DNA of 64,000 bases, taken from an uncultured Verrucomicrobiae bacterium. Lineage in GTDB: Bacteria > Verrucomicrobiota > Verrucomicrobiia > Opitutales > JABDGR01. The DNA is taken from positions 544,001 to 608,000 of the forward strand of contig CAVXVB010000009.1 of assembly GCA_963765205.1 (NCBI GenBank), in the 5' to 3' direction. Of this stretch, positions 30,980-41,202 are shown one piece after another; positions within the stretch are counted from its first letter, which is position 1; each line of letters starts with the position of its first letter. Below the pieces are notes generated by a model. The model had not been told where the DNA came from, did no database searches, and saw nothing but the letters and a program-made list of their open reading frames with translations. A program made the translations under genes and the position numbers.

Positions 30980-31044
30980 GCGAAAATTGGGGATTCAGAG
31001 GAAATGATTGTGCCCCGATCCCAAAGGGGTGTAGAGAACGCTAT

Positions 31045-31669
31045 ATGAAGCCTAAAAACTTCATCTTGATTGCCCTGGTCGTCGCCATCGTGTGCCTCGG
31101 CCTCTGGTGGTTCACGCGGCCAACTGCGGCAATCCCGGAAAAAAAATGTGGAAGCGCCAATGGCAACCAAGACCGATGCACCCAAGGCGGTCGCGCCGCC
31201 GACTATCGCACCGCCTGCGCCGAAGTCCGACACTGAGCCAGTTGCTGCCGCGAAGGCCCCAGATCCCAACGCCGATTCAAAAACGGAGTTGAATAGCGCC
31301 ATTGCGGACATCGTGCGTTTGTATCGGGCTGGCGATTTTATGGAGGTATACCAAACTTACACCACGCCGGACAAATTAGACCCCGAGTCGATTCAAAAAG
31401 TGCAAGAATCCCTGCAAAAGCTTCAGCATGACCAGCAAGAAACCAAAAACCCGCAATTAGCACAAGCTCTGGCACAAAATCTTCAACAGATTTATGAATC
31501 TAGTGCGCAGCTTTATGAAGCTCTCGAAAACCAGACCCCAACCTTTAACACTACAGGTGACGAAGCCACCTATATGATGACAAAGGATAGCTTTGACGGC
31601 ACTCAAACCGCAACGCCCATTACCTTCATAAAAATCAATGGCAAGTGGTATCTGAAGCCTGAAAATTAG
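31045..31669 (+). CDS. MKPKNF-family protein copy 2, frameshift in A8 run 31139-31146
   Basis: MKPKNFILIALVV..CLGLWW joins second frame ending QTPTFNTTGDEATY...PITFIKINGKWYLK. Confidence 0.8.
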
Positions 31670-31690
31670 ATTTCGAACGAATACACTACC
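31670..31690 (+). mobile_element. IS-terminus-like sequence
   Basis: atttcgaacgaatacactacc, similar to aattcaaactgagacactacc at 57492-57512. Confidence 0.5.
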
Positions 31691-31739
31691 CCTTCGACGG
31701 CTTGCTTGACTTTTGAACGGTATCGGGAAAAATTCAGAC

Positions 31740-31950
31740 ACGAAGCTGGCAGATTTTCCCGAGTTGGTGCAATTATCTCCCCGGCAGCGCTTGCTGATTG
31801 CCGAGGAATTGTGGGATTTCGGCGGTGGACGACAAAATTCCCGTGCAGGTTGAACACAAAAAACTGGTTCGTTCCCGGCGCGCGGCGTATGAGCGTGGAG
31901 AGATGCCGACCGTGACGATGAGTGGATTGAAGCGATCAGTGAGACGATAG
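31740..31950 (+). pseudogene. Addiction-module antitoxin (TIGR02574-like) remnant
   Basis: ACG start, KLADFPELVQLSPRQRLLIAEELWD, frameshift, SAVDD...RRAAYERGEM; no toxin follows. Confidence 0.65.
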
Positions 31951-31980
31951 GAGCGTTTTGGCAACGATTTCTCTTCGTCT

Positions 31981-32126
31981 CGGGGAGCGCGACCGTCCCG
32001 GTCGCTGCGGTCGGCGTCTCGCCGACCGCTTTCTTTCAGAAATGGCGGTGCAAAGCACATCACCGACTTTTGAAGATGTCCTCGGCGGGACGCCGAGGAC
32101 GGCGGGCGGGACGCCCGCGCTCCCCG
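31981..32126. repeat. REP-like nested palindrome doublet
   Basis: cggggagcgcg...cgcgctccccg outer IR with internal hairpins gcgaccg/cggtcgc, gcggtcggcg/cgccgaccgc. Confidence 0.75.
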
Positions 32127-32174
32127 GGATGAAGAACCGCGCATACTGAAGTCAAAAACAATTTTAAATGGAAA

Positions 32175-32528
32175 TTAATTTTTTATTCCAATGGATTTAA
32201 TTAACGGGAGTGTGTTCCCCACCACCCACTCCCGATATGGCCCGGCCACGGCGGCGGCTTCGACGGCGAGCCATTGCGGGGTGGAGTAGGGGTGGTGTGC
32301 CTTCAGCCAGGCTTCGATTTCTTTGGCGCGCGGGGTGGGAAATTTCACCCAGATGCGCCATTCCTTCGTGCGCTCCTGTTTGCCCTGCCAGATGTAATGC
32401 GAAGTCACCGGGCCGTCCACTTGCGCGCAGGCGGCCAGGCGCGCGGCGACGAGGCCGGCGGCCAGTTTTTTCGCGGCGGCGGCGGAATCCACCGTCGTCC
32501 AGCCGATGAGAATTTTTGCGGTCGCCAT
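32175..32528 (-). CDS. cutA: Divalent-cation tolerance protein CutA
   Basis: LVAARLAACAQV..PVTSHYIWQG, HHPYSTPQ. Confidence 0.88.
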   Translation of the reverse strand: MATAKILIGWTTVDSAAAAKKLAAGLVAARLAACAQVDGPVTSHYIWQGKQERTKEWRIWVKFPTPRAKEIEAWLKAHHPYSTPQWLAVEAAAVAGPYREWVVGNTLPLIKSIGIKN

Positions 32529-32693
32529 GCGGTTCCTTGGCGGAAAAGGGCATTCGCGGCGAAAAAGCAAGTGTTTCGTGCGCCGCGGCGGCGAATTTCA
32601 GCGCAGCTAATAACTCCGGGCGCGGGCTATTTCCGGCCTAAATCAGCGTGAATAAGCTTCCTAAATTCATTCCGTTCGCTATGTTCCTGCTCA

Positions 32694-32874
32694 GGCCTTC
32701 TGCTGTGACCGAGACCTCGCCAGTGTTCCTACTCTGATAATTATATAACAAAGGGAGCTCGCCACCCGGCGGTGGCTGCCACGCCGTAAACCGGAAGGCA
32801 AAAGCCGCCAGGAGAGCACCCACCTAAGCACCAGAGGTTCAGAACACCTGCTTTTACGGCATAAGTGGAAGGTC
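32694..32874 (+). ncRNA. ssrS: 6S RNA
   Basis: About 180 nt; ends ggccttc/gaaggtc pair; AT-rich central bubble; GAGAGCACCCACCT...GGTTCA...ACGGCA motif typical of 6S; T-run after. Confidence 0.8.
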
Positions 32875-32946
32875 ATTTTTTTTTGGCGGGTTGATTGGGC
32901 GGGGTGAGGCGGCGCAGGCTGGGCTGTTGCCTTAAAGCCGCAAGAC

Positions 32947-33038
32947 AACCACGGATGACACGGATAGCACGGATGCGTTTCACCAGCAGAGCTGTGGCTT
33001 GGATATTGTCATCCGTGCCATCCGTGTCATCCGTGGTT
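32947..33038. repeat. 9-bp-unit palindromic element (best-preserved copy)
   Basis: aaccacggatgacacggatagcacggatg ... catccgtgccatccgtgtcatccgtggtt. Confidence 0.85.
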
Positions 33039-33205
33039 TAATGGAAAAACCGAATCTAAAGCACCGCCCCCACGATGCCAGACCGTTTGCGGACCTAATC
33101 CAGCGCGTCCGGCGACTGGGCCAATTTTTAGGTTGAGCCGGCTGCGCGGATATGGTGAAATACCGCGCCTATTTTTCAAATTTTTATTTTTCGCGTTTTT
33201 TCACG

Positions 33206-34900
33206 ATGCTGAGAACCCTTAAGAAAATTCCGGTTCGCTTCCGCCCGGCCCTGGTGGATGCGCTCAAGGATTATTCCGGCGCCAAATTTTTGGCGGACCT
33301 GAATTCCGGCATCACCGTCGGCATCGTAGCGATTCCGCTGGCGATTGGTTTTGCGATTGCGAGCGGGGTGACGCCGCTGGCGGGGCTGATCACGGCGATT
33401 GTGGCCGGCTTTCTGATTGCCGCGCTCGGCGGCTCGCGCTACCAAATCGGCGGGCCGACGGGCGCGTTCGTGCCCATTCTGGCCGGCGTGGTGGCCACCT
33501 ACGGGGTGGACAATTTGCTCATCTGCACGTTCATGGCGGGTGTGATGCTGCTGCTGATGGGGATGGCCGGCTTGGGCAGGGTGATCAAATTCATTCCCTA
33601 TCCGGTGACGATGGGGTTCACCAGCGGCATCGCGGTCATCATTTTCGTCGGAGAGATCAAAGATTTTCTGCAATTGCCCATCGAGCATTTGGAGCCGGGG
33701 TTTCTGGACAAAATGGAACAGTATGCGGAGAATCTCGCCCAGCTCCACTGGACGGCACTGCTGCTGGGGTTCTTGACGATTTTGATTATGATTTATTGGC
33801 CAACGCGCTGGCAGCGGCGCGTGCCCGGCTCGATGGTGGCGTTGATTGTGGCCAGCCTGGCCGTCAAATGGCTGCATCTGTCCACGTTAACGATTGGCGA
33901 CAAGTGGAGCCTTAAAGGCTCCTTATCCTTTCATCTGCCGACTCTGCATCCCAGCGACATTTCGCTGCTGATGGGGCCGGCGATGACCATCGCCATGCTC
34001 GGCGCCATCGAGTCGCTGCTCTCCGCGGTGGTGGCCGACGGGTTGACCAACGACCGGCACGACTCGAACCAGGAATTGATGGCGCAGGGCATCGCCAACA
34101 TCTTTTCGCCGTTCTTTGGCGGCATCGCGGCCACCGGCGCCATTGCGCGCACGGGCACCAATATCCGTTGCGGCGCGCTCACGCCGGTGTCCGGCATCGT
34201 GCATGCGCTCACCCTGCTCGCCATCCTGCTGATCGCCGCGCCATTGGCCAATGCCATTCCGTTGTGTGCGCTCGCCGGCATCCTCCTCGTCGTGTCGTTC
34301 AAGATGGGCGAGTGGCACGAGTTCGCGCGCCTGCGGCGCATCCCCCGCAGCGACGCGCTCGTGTTTGTCATCGTGTTTTTGCTGACCGTCGTCATGAACC
34401 TGACCTGGGGCGTCGGGGTGGGCGTGGTCTTGGCCGCGTTGCTCTTTATCAAGCGCGTGTCTGAAAGCTCGGAAATTACCGCGCTGGACGACGCGCACCC
34501 CGCGACCGGCGGCCGGCCGATTTGGGCCGATGAGTCGTGGCCCGACGGTGTTTACCTCTTTCGCGTGCAGGGCGCGTTTTTCTTCGGCACGGCCGACATG
34601 TTGGAGACCTCGTTCCGCCGCGCCGGCGCGCAACTGCGCGTGATGGTTTTGCTCTGCGAAGACGTCTTCACGATTGACGCGACCGGCCTCAATGCACTCG
34701 AAAGCTTGAACGAGCGCCTCTGCCAGCACAAACGGCACCTTATCCTTTGCAAAGTCACGGGCCAGCCCCTCGAAGCCATCCAGCAAAGTGGCTTTTTGGA
34801 GGAACTCGGCGCGGACAACCTGACCAAGACGATTGATGACGCCCTCCAGCGCGCGCGCGCCCTGCTCTATGACCGGGCGGACGAAACCGCCGCCAAGTGA
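33206..34900 (+). CDS. SulP-family anion transporter with STAS domain
   Basis: GITVGIVAIPLAIGFAIASG, GGPTGAF, ESLLSAVVAD, NQELMAQG, FFFGTA, IDATGL. Confidence 0.92.
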   Translation: MLRTLKKIPVRFRPALVDALKDYSGAKFLADLNSGITVGIVAIPLAIGFAIASGVTPLAGLITAIVAGFLIAALGGSRYQIGGPTGAFVPILAGVVATYGVDNLLICTFMAGVMLLLMGMAGLGRVIKFIPYPVTMGFTSGIAVIIFVGEIKDFLQLPIEHLEPGFLDKMEQYAENLAQLHWTALLLGFLTILIMIYWPTRWQRRVPGSMVALIVASLAVKWLHLSTLTIGDKWSLKGSLSFHLPTLHPSDISLLMGPAMTIAMLGAIESLLSAVVADGLTNDRHDSNQELMAQGIANIFSPFFGGIAATGAIARTGTNIRCGALTPVSGIVHALTLLAILLIAAPLANAIPLCALAGILLVVSFKMGEWHEFARLRRIPRSDALVFVIVFLLTVVMNLTWGVGVGVVLAALLFIKRVSESSEITALDDAHPATGGRPIWADESWPDGVYLFRVQGAFFFGTADMLETSFRRAGAQLRVMVLLCEDVFTIDATGLNALESLNERLCQHKRHLILCKVTGQPLEAIQQSGFLEELGADNLTKTIDDALQRARALLYDRADETAAK

Positions 34901-34979
34901 AGGGGAATCCGGCACAGGCACCCGTTGATATTGGGTTTTTCACTCGCGTTGTTAGGGGAAATCTGCCAGCCCTAATGGC

Positions 34980-35363
34980 ATGAACCCCTTGCGCGAAGTG
35001 CGCGATTGCCGGCAGGTTCAGGGCGAGCCGCGGCGGCGGTGGTTTGGCTCTGACCAGTTGGACCTCATCGTGTGGTGCGACGAGGCCGGCGCGCCCGTCG
35101 GCTTTCAACTTTGTTATGACCTCGACCACACGGAACGGGCGCTGACCTGGAAGCCCACGTCGGGTTTTCAGCACAACAATGTGGATGATGGCGAAAGCGG
35201 CGGCCCGTTGCGGCCCAAAGGCAGTCCAGTGCTGGTGCCGGACGGGGCGATTGATTTCGAGCGATTAAGCAAGTTATTCGCGCAAGTAAACACGAAAGTC
35301 CCGGCGGATATTGCCGCGTTTGTGGCCGCCCGGCTTCAGTTGCCGCCCGCGCCCAAGGCTTGA
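34980..35363 (+). CDS. Hypothetical protein
   Basis: RRRWF...LDLIVW...GFQLCYD...ALTW...VDDGE pattern; coding-like. Confidence 0.65.
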   Translation: MNPLREVRDCRQVQGEPRRRWFGSDQLDLIVWCDEAGAPVGFQLCYDLDHTERALTWKPTSGFQHNNVDDGESGGPLRPKGSPVLVPDGAIDFERLSKLFAQVNTKVPADIAAFVAARLQLPPAPKA

Positions 35364-37933
35364 TTGAGGCTTTGAATGGAAATGGCGGCCTTGCCCTTTA
35401 ACACCGAGCGCAATGAGGCAAGGTTCTCGGGCGAGCCAGCGAAGAGATAATCCGGGTAAGTGCGGGTGTCCTTGATGTCATTGTAAATCGCCTTTTCAAT
35501 ATACAGGTTGGAGCCAAAGCCGGCCAGGTATTGCAGCCGCAGGTCGCGGTCACGGTTGATGGCGGCGTGGAGCAACCACGGTTCGAGGTCGTAGGCCGAG
35601 CCGCCGTAGGTCTTCAGCAGATCAAGCGCGGATGGAAAACCCACATCGGCCAGGGATTGCGCGACCCAGCCGTAATCCTTGCCGTCCAGGCGGGTTTGGA
35701 CTTCATCCACATCGATAACGGCAGGGTCGGCTTCGCCAAGCACGATGGCGTCGTAGCCCTCGCCGTTTTGGTCGTTGCTCCAGAGCGTGCCATCGGGAAA
35801 CACGGAAAAGAACGTCTTCAGTTCGCTCTGCACGGTGCCGACCGTGCTTTCATAGAACGGCACCCATTGCGTGACCATGCCGCCGGGGTTCAGATGGTCC
35901 TTGCACAACTGGAAATATTCCTGCGTATACAACACCGCGCTGCCTTTCACCCACGGGTGAATGGGGTCCGAGGTGATGATGTCGAATTTCTCCTTGGTCG
36001 TGAGCATGAAGTGGCGGGCCGTCGTCATACACCACCTCCAGTTGTTTGTCGCCGGAAGCCGTGTGGATGGTGCGGGGGTTTTCCTTCGTGATATCGTCCA
36101 CGATGTGGTAGTTTTGCTCGCCGAACCAGGGTGTGACAAATTGTGGGATGAGTGGCTCGATTTCACAGATCACGATCCGCTGGATGCTCGGATACTGCGT
36201 GAACGTCCCCGCTGTCACGCCCGCGCCGCAGCCCACGATGAGCACCGACTTCGGGTTGCTCTGCAACAGCGCGGGCAGATGGCCCAGCATCCGCTGTAGG
36301 CGCATGTCGGCGGGCAGCGTCGAGGCCTCGATTTTCCCGCTGACGTGGAAATTCAACGAGCCGTCGGCCGATTGCGAAACCGCGACCGAGGAATTCAGCC
36401 CTTCGCCGACATACTTAAATTCCGGCAGCGGCAGGTTTTTCAACAGGCTGCGGCCATAGGCGATGACGCCGTCGGGAATTTTGTCCACATGCCAGGCCAG
36501 AAAACCCACGAACGCCGTGGCCGCGATGAGGAAAATGGCGCGCAGGCCGAGCGCAAAGCCGTCGGGCCTAGCGCCCGCCGAATTTTCCTCGTGGTTGGGC
36601 AACAGGCGCGGCACCAGCATCAGCAGCGCCGCGACGAGGGCCAGGCCCATCAGCCAGCGCTCGGCAGCTTCGGGTGCCAAAGCGCGGGATGACGACGAGA
36701 CTGAACCAGAGCGCGCCCAGGATTGCGCCAACAGTGTTCGCTGCGTAAATACCACCCACCAGTTTGCCGGGATCCTGCTTCCGCGTCGCGGCGGCGGCCA
36801 GCGCCAGGGGGAAACTCGCGCCCCAGCATAGTGCCGGCGGCAGCACCACCCACAGGCAGCGCACCAGGTCGAGCTGGAAATTAAACCACGGCTGCACCGA
36901 GGACTCGGCATTCGGCGTGATGGAAATCGAGAACGTCAATCGGCCAATACGGCAGCGAATCCGCAATCATATACGCCGACCAGGCGATGGCGCCGGCCAG
37001 CAGCAACTGGCAGCACCCGAGCGCAAAGCGCGGCCGCAATGTGGCGCGCGACCACCACGAACCCACGCTGCTGCCCAGCCCCAGCCCGGTTAAAAACACC
37101 GCGAGAATCACCGAGAACGCGTAAACCGTCCCGCCGAGCAGCAACGACAGCAGGCGCGTCCACACCACTTCGGCGCCAAGGGCGGACATGCCGGACAAAG
37201 CTATCGCCCAATAAACAAAGGAGGCGTCGGGTGGGCGGGGAGCCACTGCGGCGGGGACGGACGGTTCGGCGGCGGGGGCCGGTTCCTCGCGCGGCAGTTG
37301 GGCGTCCAGTCCCACGCCGAGCAGCGCGACGGAGAAGTTGATGATCACCGCCACATAGGTGGCGATGGCCATGTCATGCACGCGCAATAAATAAAATCCC
37401 GCGAGCAGGCAGCCAAAGACCGCGCCCGCCAGGTTGCCGCCGTAAAAAAATCCGAGCCACGACACGCCCAGCGGCGTCGTTTCGAGCCGCCGGGAAATGG
37501 CGGGCAACGTCGCGCCCATCAGCAGCGTCGGCGGCAGCAGACAGATGGCGCTGACCAGCCCGCGCAGCAAAATCCCGAACATACCCGGGCGCGCGCCGGC
37601 GAGGTAAACGTGCTCGACCAGCGGCATCCCATACAGCACCGCCAGCCCGACCAGGCCGATGCACAACTCCAGCCCGGCATAAACACGCAGGGGCCGGCGT
37701 TTGGCGGAGAGCACTCTCGGCAGCAGCAAACTGCCCAGGCACATGCCGCCCATGAAGGTTCCCAGCAACACGCCCAGCGACACGGCCGTCGAGCCAATCA
37801 CCAGTTGCAGCATCTGGAACCAGACGATTTCGTAAATGAGCGCGGCGCAGCCGCTGCCGGCAAACAGCAGCAAGACCCAAGGCAGATAACGGCGCGAATC
37901 CGGCGGCGGGGCGGAAGTGGGGTGTTCGGTCAT
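35336..37933 (-). CDS. Fused MFS/spermidine synthase, three frameshifts (~36930, ~36670, ~36020)
   Basis: SGCAALIYEIVW, YAANTVGAILG, SGKIEAS, VLIVGCGAGVTAG, DD.RHF...KFDIITSDPIHPW spread over four ORFs. Confidence 0.85.
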
Positions 37934-38011
37934 GTCAAGGGGGCGGGCCGCTGGGTTGAGCGCAAGGGGTGAAGCGAGGTTGAACCACGCGGCGGGAGCA
38001 AGGTTGCGGTT

Positions 38012-38809
38012 TTATTCCCCGCGCGCCGCGCGCCACACCCGCAGACAGGAGGCGATCAGGCCGGGCAATTCCGCCAGGGGGATTTGGCTGGGACCATCCG
38101 AAATCGCGCGGGTGGGATCGGGATGGGTTTCGATAAACAGCCCGTCCGCCCCGGCCGCGAGGGCCGCGCGCGCGAGCGGGGGCACAAATTCACGCTGGCC
38201 GCCGGAGGCGCCGTTAGCTGCGCCAGGCAGTTGCACGCTGTGGGTGGCGTCGAATATGACCGGCGTGCCGTGGGTGCGCATGATCGCGAAGGAGCGCATG
38301 TCCACCACGAGGTTTTGGTAGCCGAAAGTCGTGCCACGCTCAGTCTGCCAAATTTCGCCCGCGCCGCCCGCGCGCAGCTTGGCGACGACGTGCGCCATTT
38401 CCATCGGCGAGAGGAACTGGCCCTTCTTCACGTTCACGACGCGCCCAGTCGCGGCGGCGGCGAGGAGCAAATCAGTTTGCCGGCAGAGAAAAGCGGGGAT
38501 TTGCAGAACGTCGCAGACTTTTGCCACCGGTTTGGCCTGCTCGGGTAGGTGGATATCTGTCAGCACCGGGAAGCCGTATTTCTTTTTGACGAAGGCCAGC
38601 AGCTTGAGGCCGGCGGCCAGGCCGGTGCCGCGCGCGCCGCGCCCGGAGGTGCGGTTGGCCTTGTCGAACGAGCCTTTGAAGACGATGTTCAAGGCCGGGT
38701 CAGCGTGCCGCAGGCGCGCCAGGGCCTCCGCCACGGCGCGGCAGGTCGCCTCGCTTTCGAGCGAACACGGCCCGGCGATCAACAGCAGGCGTTGGGGGTT
38801 GAACAGCAT
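38012..38809 (-). CDS. kdsA: KDO8P synthase
   Basis: [39 protein letters not shown]. Confidence 0.97.
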   Translation of the reverse strand: MLFNPQRLLLIAGPCSLESEATCRAVAEALARLRHADPALNIVFKGSFDKANRTSGRGARGTGLAAGLKLLAFVKKKYGFPVLTDIHLPEQAKPVAKVCDVLQIPAFLCRQTDLLLAAAATGRVVNVKKGQFLSPMEMAHVVAKLRAGGAGEIWQTERGTTFGYQNLVVDMRSFAIMRTHGTPVIFDATHSVQLPGAANGASGGQREFVPPLARAALAAGADGLFIETHPDPTRAISDGPSQIPLAELPGLIASCLRVWRAARGE

Positions 38810-38821
38810 CAAAGAGGGCAA

Positions 38822-38848
38822 GGAAGATGGAAAATGGAAAATGGAAAA
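38822..38848. repeat. Heptamer run (GGAAAAT)n
   Basis: ggaagatggaaaatggaaaatggaaaa. Confidence 0.6.
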
Positions 38849-38943
38849 ACCGGAATAGAGAAAGGGGTAGGAATGGGATATACCGCCGAGTAACTTCTTG
38901 CGATAAAAATTGCACCAGGGCGGATGACTCGCAAAATGCGGCC

Positions 38944-39870
38944 ATGAGTACGGTAACCGACACTATAAATGCGAAAACTTTCGAGGGTGGGGCGGTGGGC
39001 TTTATTGGCTTGGGGGTGATGGGTCGCAGCCTCGCCGGGCATTTGCTCAAGGTTGGCTACCCCGTCATCGTTTACACCCGGTCGCGCGCGAAGGCCGAGG
39101 CCTTGCTGGCCGTCGGCGCGCAGTGGACCGAAAGTCCCGCCGACCTCGCCCGGCGCAGCCGGTTGATTTTTACGATGGTGGGTTTTCCCGCCGATGTCGA
39201 AGAAGTGTATTACGGCCCACAAGGGTTGATCGCCTGTGCCGCACTCGGAACGCTGTTGGTGGACCTGACCACCTCCACTCCCGCCTTGGCCCGGCGTATC
39301 GCCGATGCTGCCGCTGCGCGCGGGTTGGGTGCGCTCGACGTGCCGGTGACGGGTGGCGACATCGGCGCGCGCAACGCCCAGCTTTCCCTCATGGCCGGGG
39401 GCGATGCCGCGGACTTCGCCCGGGTTGAGCCGGTGCTGCACCTCTTTGGGCCCACGGTTGTTCTCCATGGTCCCGCCGGTAGCGGGCAGCACGCGAAGAT
39501 GTGCAATCAGATCATGATCGCCTGCACGATGATCGGGCTATGCGAGGCGCTGGCCTATGCGCGTGCGGCGGGGCTGGACGCTCAGTTGCTGTTGCAAAGC
39601 ACCGGCGGCGGCGGCGCGGCGAGCTGGTCGCTGCAAAAGCTCGCGCCTCGTATTTTGAGCGGGGACTTCGCGCCGGGCTTCTACGTCAAGCACTTCGTCA
39701 AGGACCTGGCCATCGCGCTCGCCGCCGCGCGGGAAATGGGGCTGGCCTTGCCTGGGCTGGAACTGGGCGAAAAATTATACCGCGAACTTGCCGCCGCGGG
39801 CCACGCCGACGACGGCACCCAGGCGTTGTGGAAATTGTATGAGTCAAAGTTGCCGCATTCGAAGCCTTGA
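38944..39870 (+). CDS. Beta-hydroxyacid dehydrogenase family NAD(P)-dependent oxidoreductase
   Basis: [39 protein letters not shown]. Confidence 0.9.
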   Translation: MSTVTDTINAKTFEGGAVGFIGLGVMGRSLAGHLLKVGYPVIVYTRSRAKAEALLAVGAQWTESPADLARRSRLIFTMVGFPADVEEVYYGPQGLIACAALGTLLVDLTTSTPALARRIADAAAARGLGALDVPVTGGDIGARNAQLSLMAGGDAADFARVEPVLHLFGPTVVLHGPAGSGQHAKMCNQIMIACTMIGLCEALAYARAAGLDAQLLLQSTGGGGAASWSLQKLAPRILSGDFAPGFYVKHFVKDLAIALAAAREMGLALPGLELGEKLYRELAAAGHADDGTQALWKLYESKLPHSKP

Positions 39871-39892
39871 CGTTCGCTGTATTTGGACCAAC

Positions 39893-39928
39893 AAAACGCC
39901 GCCGGTTTCGCGGGGAAACCGGCGGCGT
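39893..39928 (-). terminator. Intrinsic terminator between convergent genes
   Basis: acgccgccggtttc/gaaaccggcggcgt stem, T-run on minus strand. Confidence 0.75.
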
Positions 39929-39952
39929 GAAAGATCTCGTCGGGAACGATGC

Positions 39953-40885
39953 TTACTTGCTGGTGCTGGCCGGTGCCGAAGCGCCAGCTGGGGCCGACAT
40001 GCTTTGCAGCTTTTGCAGCATTTCTGGGCTTAGGCCGTCCAGCCCACTGGCACTGGCATCGGGCGGGGGCGTGGGTTTGAAATCCACCACGGTCGTGTCA
40101 AAGATCAGCGCGGCGCCCGGCGGCAGCGGCACATCCGGATCGTCGCCATAGGCCAGCTTCGCCGGGATGTAGAGCATGATTTCGCCGCCTTTGCCAATAA
40201 GTTGCAGTCCTTCCGTCCAGCCCTTGATGACATTGTCGAGGGCCATGTCGCGAGTCGGGCCGGCGGGGTCTTTGTCATCGGTTTTGTCGAAGACGGTGCC
40301 ATCCAGCAGCGTGCCTTTGTATTTGACGGTGACGGTATCGGTGCTCTTGGGTTTGGCATCGCCGCCGGGCGTGATGATTTTGTAATAAAGTCCATCGTCG
40401 GTTTTCTTGACGGTGGTGTCTTTGGCAAGATCGGCAAAGAACTTGTCATTCGCGGCCGACTGGGTGGCCAGATCCGCATCATGGACTTTCTCCGCGCGGG
40501 CGGTCAGGTAGTCTTTTGTCTTCGTCCAGTTGTCCGCGCCACCCGGAATATCATCGGGCCCCGTGGTGGACACAAGTTTGAGGCCGGCCGCAAATTGATC
40601 CACTTCATCCGACGTGAGGCCCAACTGCTTGAGGTGCATTTGCTGGCCGATGACCCAGCCGAAGGTTTTCAAATAGGATTTGATGTCGTCCGGGCTGACC
40701 TTGGAGAGATCCATCGGGGGTGGCTCGGCGGGCATCCCAGGAGCCGCACCGGGAGGCGCCGCCGCGGCGGGGGTGGCCGGAGCCGAGGCCGGGGTGGTTT
40801 GAGCCAGCAAGGGCACGAGGAGGGCCGCAAGCACGGCTAGCGAGGCGGCCGCCCAGGCGGCGCGAGTTTTTGATTTCGTGGTCAT
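39953..40885 (-). CDS. Exported FKBP-type peptidyl-prolyl isomerase (FkpA-like)
   Basis: Signal peptide; VTVKYKGTLLDGTVFD, VIKGWTEGLQL, IPAKLAYG. Confidence 0.9.
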   Translation of the reverse strand: MTTKSKTRAAWAAASLAVLAALLVPLLAQTTPASAPATPAAAAPPGAAPGMPAEPPPMDLSKVSPDDIKSYLKTFGWVIGQQMHLKQLGLTSDEVDQFAAGLKLVSTTGPDDIPGGADNWTKTKDYLTARAEKVHDADLATQSAANDKFFADLAKDTTVKKTDDGLYYKIITPGGDAKPKSTDTVTVKYKGTLLDGTVFDKTDDKDPAGPTRDMALDNVIKGWTEGLQLIGKGGEIMLYIPAKLAYGDDPDVPLPPGAALIFDTTVVDFKPTPPPDASASGLDGLSPEMLQKLQSMSAPAGASAPASTSK

Positions 40886-41079
40886 CTGTGGAGTTGGATA
40901 GGGGGAACAAGTAACCGAAGAAAAATGGCCGGATGCCGGACGGCAAGGGGCGCGAAACGAGGCACAATGACAAGCCGGTGAGGCTTTGCCAAGCGCAAAT
41001 ACGCAAGGGGTATTCGAGAGGGTGGGGCGGACCTCTTTGAACTAACACCCCCATCACTCGGGTGAATGCAGCAACCGCT

Positions 41080-41197
41080 TAATGTTCAATGCTCAACGTT
41101 GAACGCTCAATAAAGCAGCCCCATGGGGTGACGGGACGAAAATCTTGGTCGCCTTCAACTTGAGCGTTGAGCGTTAAACGTTAAAAGTTGAGCGTTA
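41080..41197. repeat. Inverted heptamer arrays (AACGCTC / TTGAGCG)
   Basis: aatgttcaatgctcaacgttgaacgctcaa ... ttgagcgttgagcgttaaacgttaaaagttgagcgtt. Confidence 0.8.
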
Positions 41198-41202
41198 GGA
41201 GA

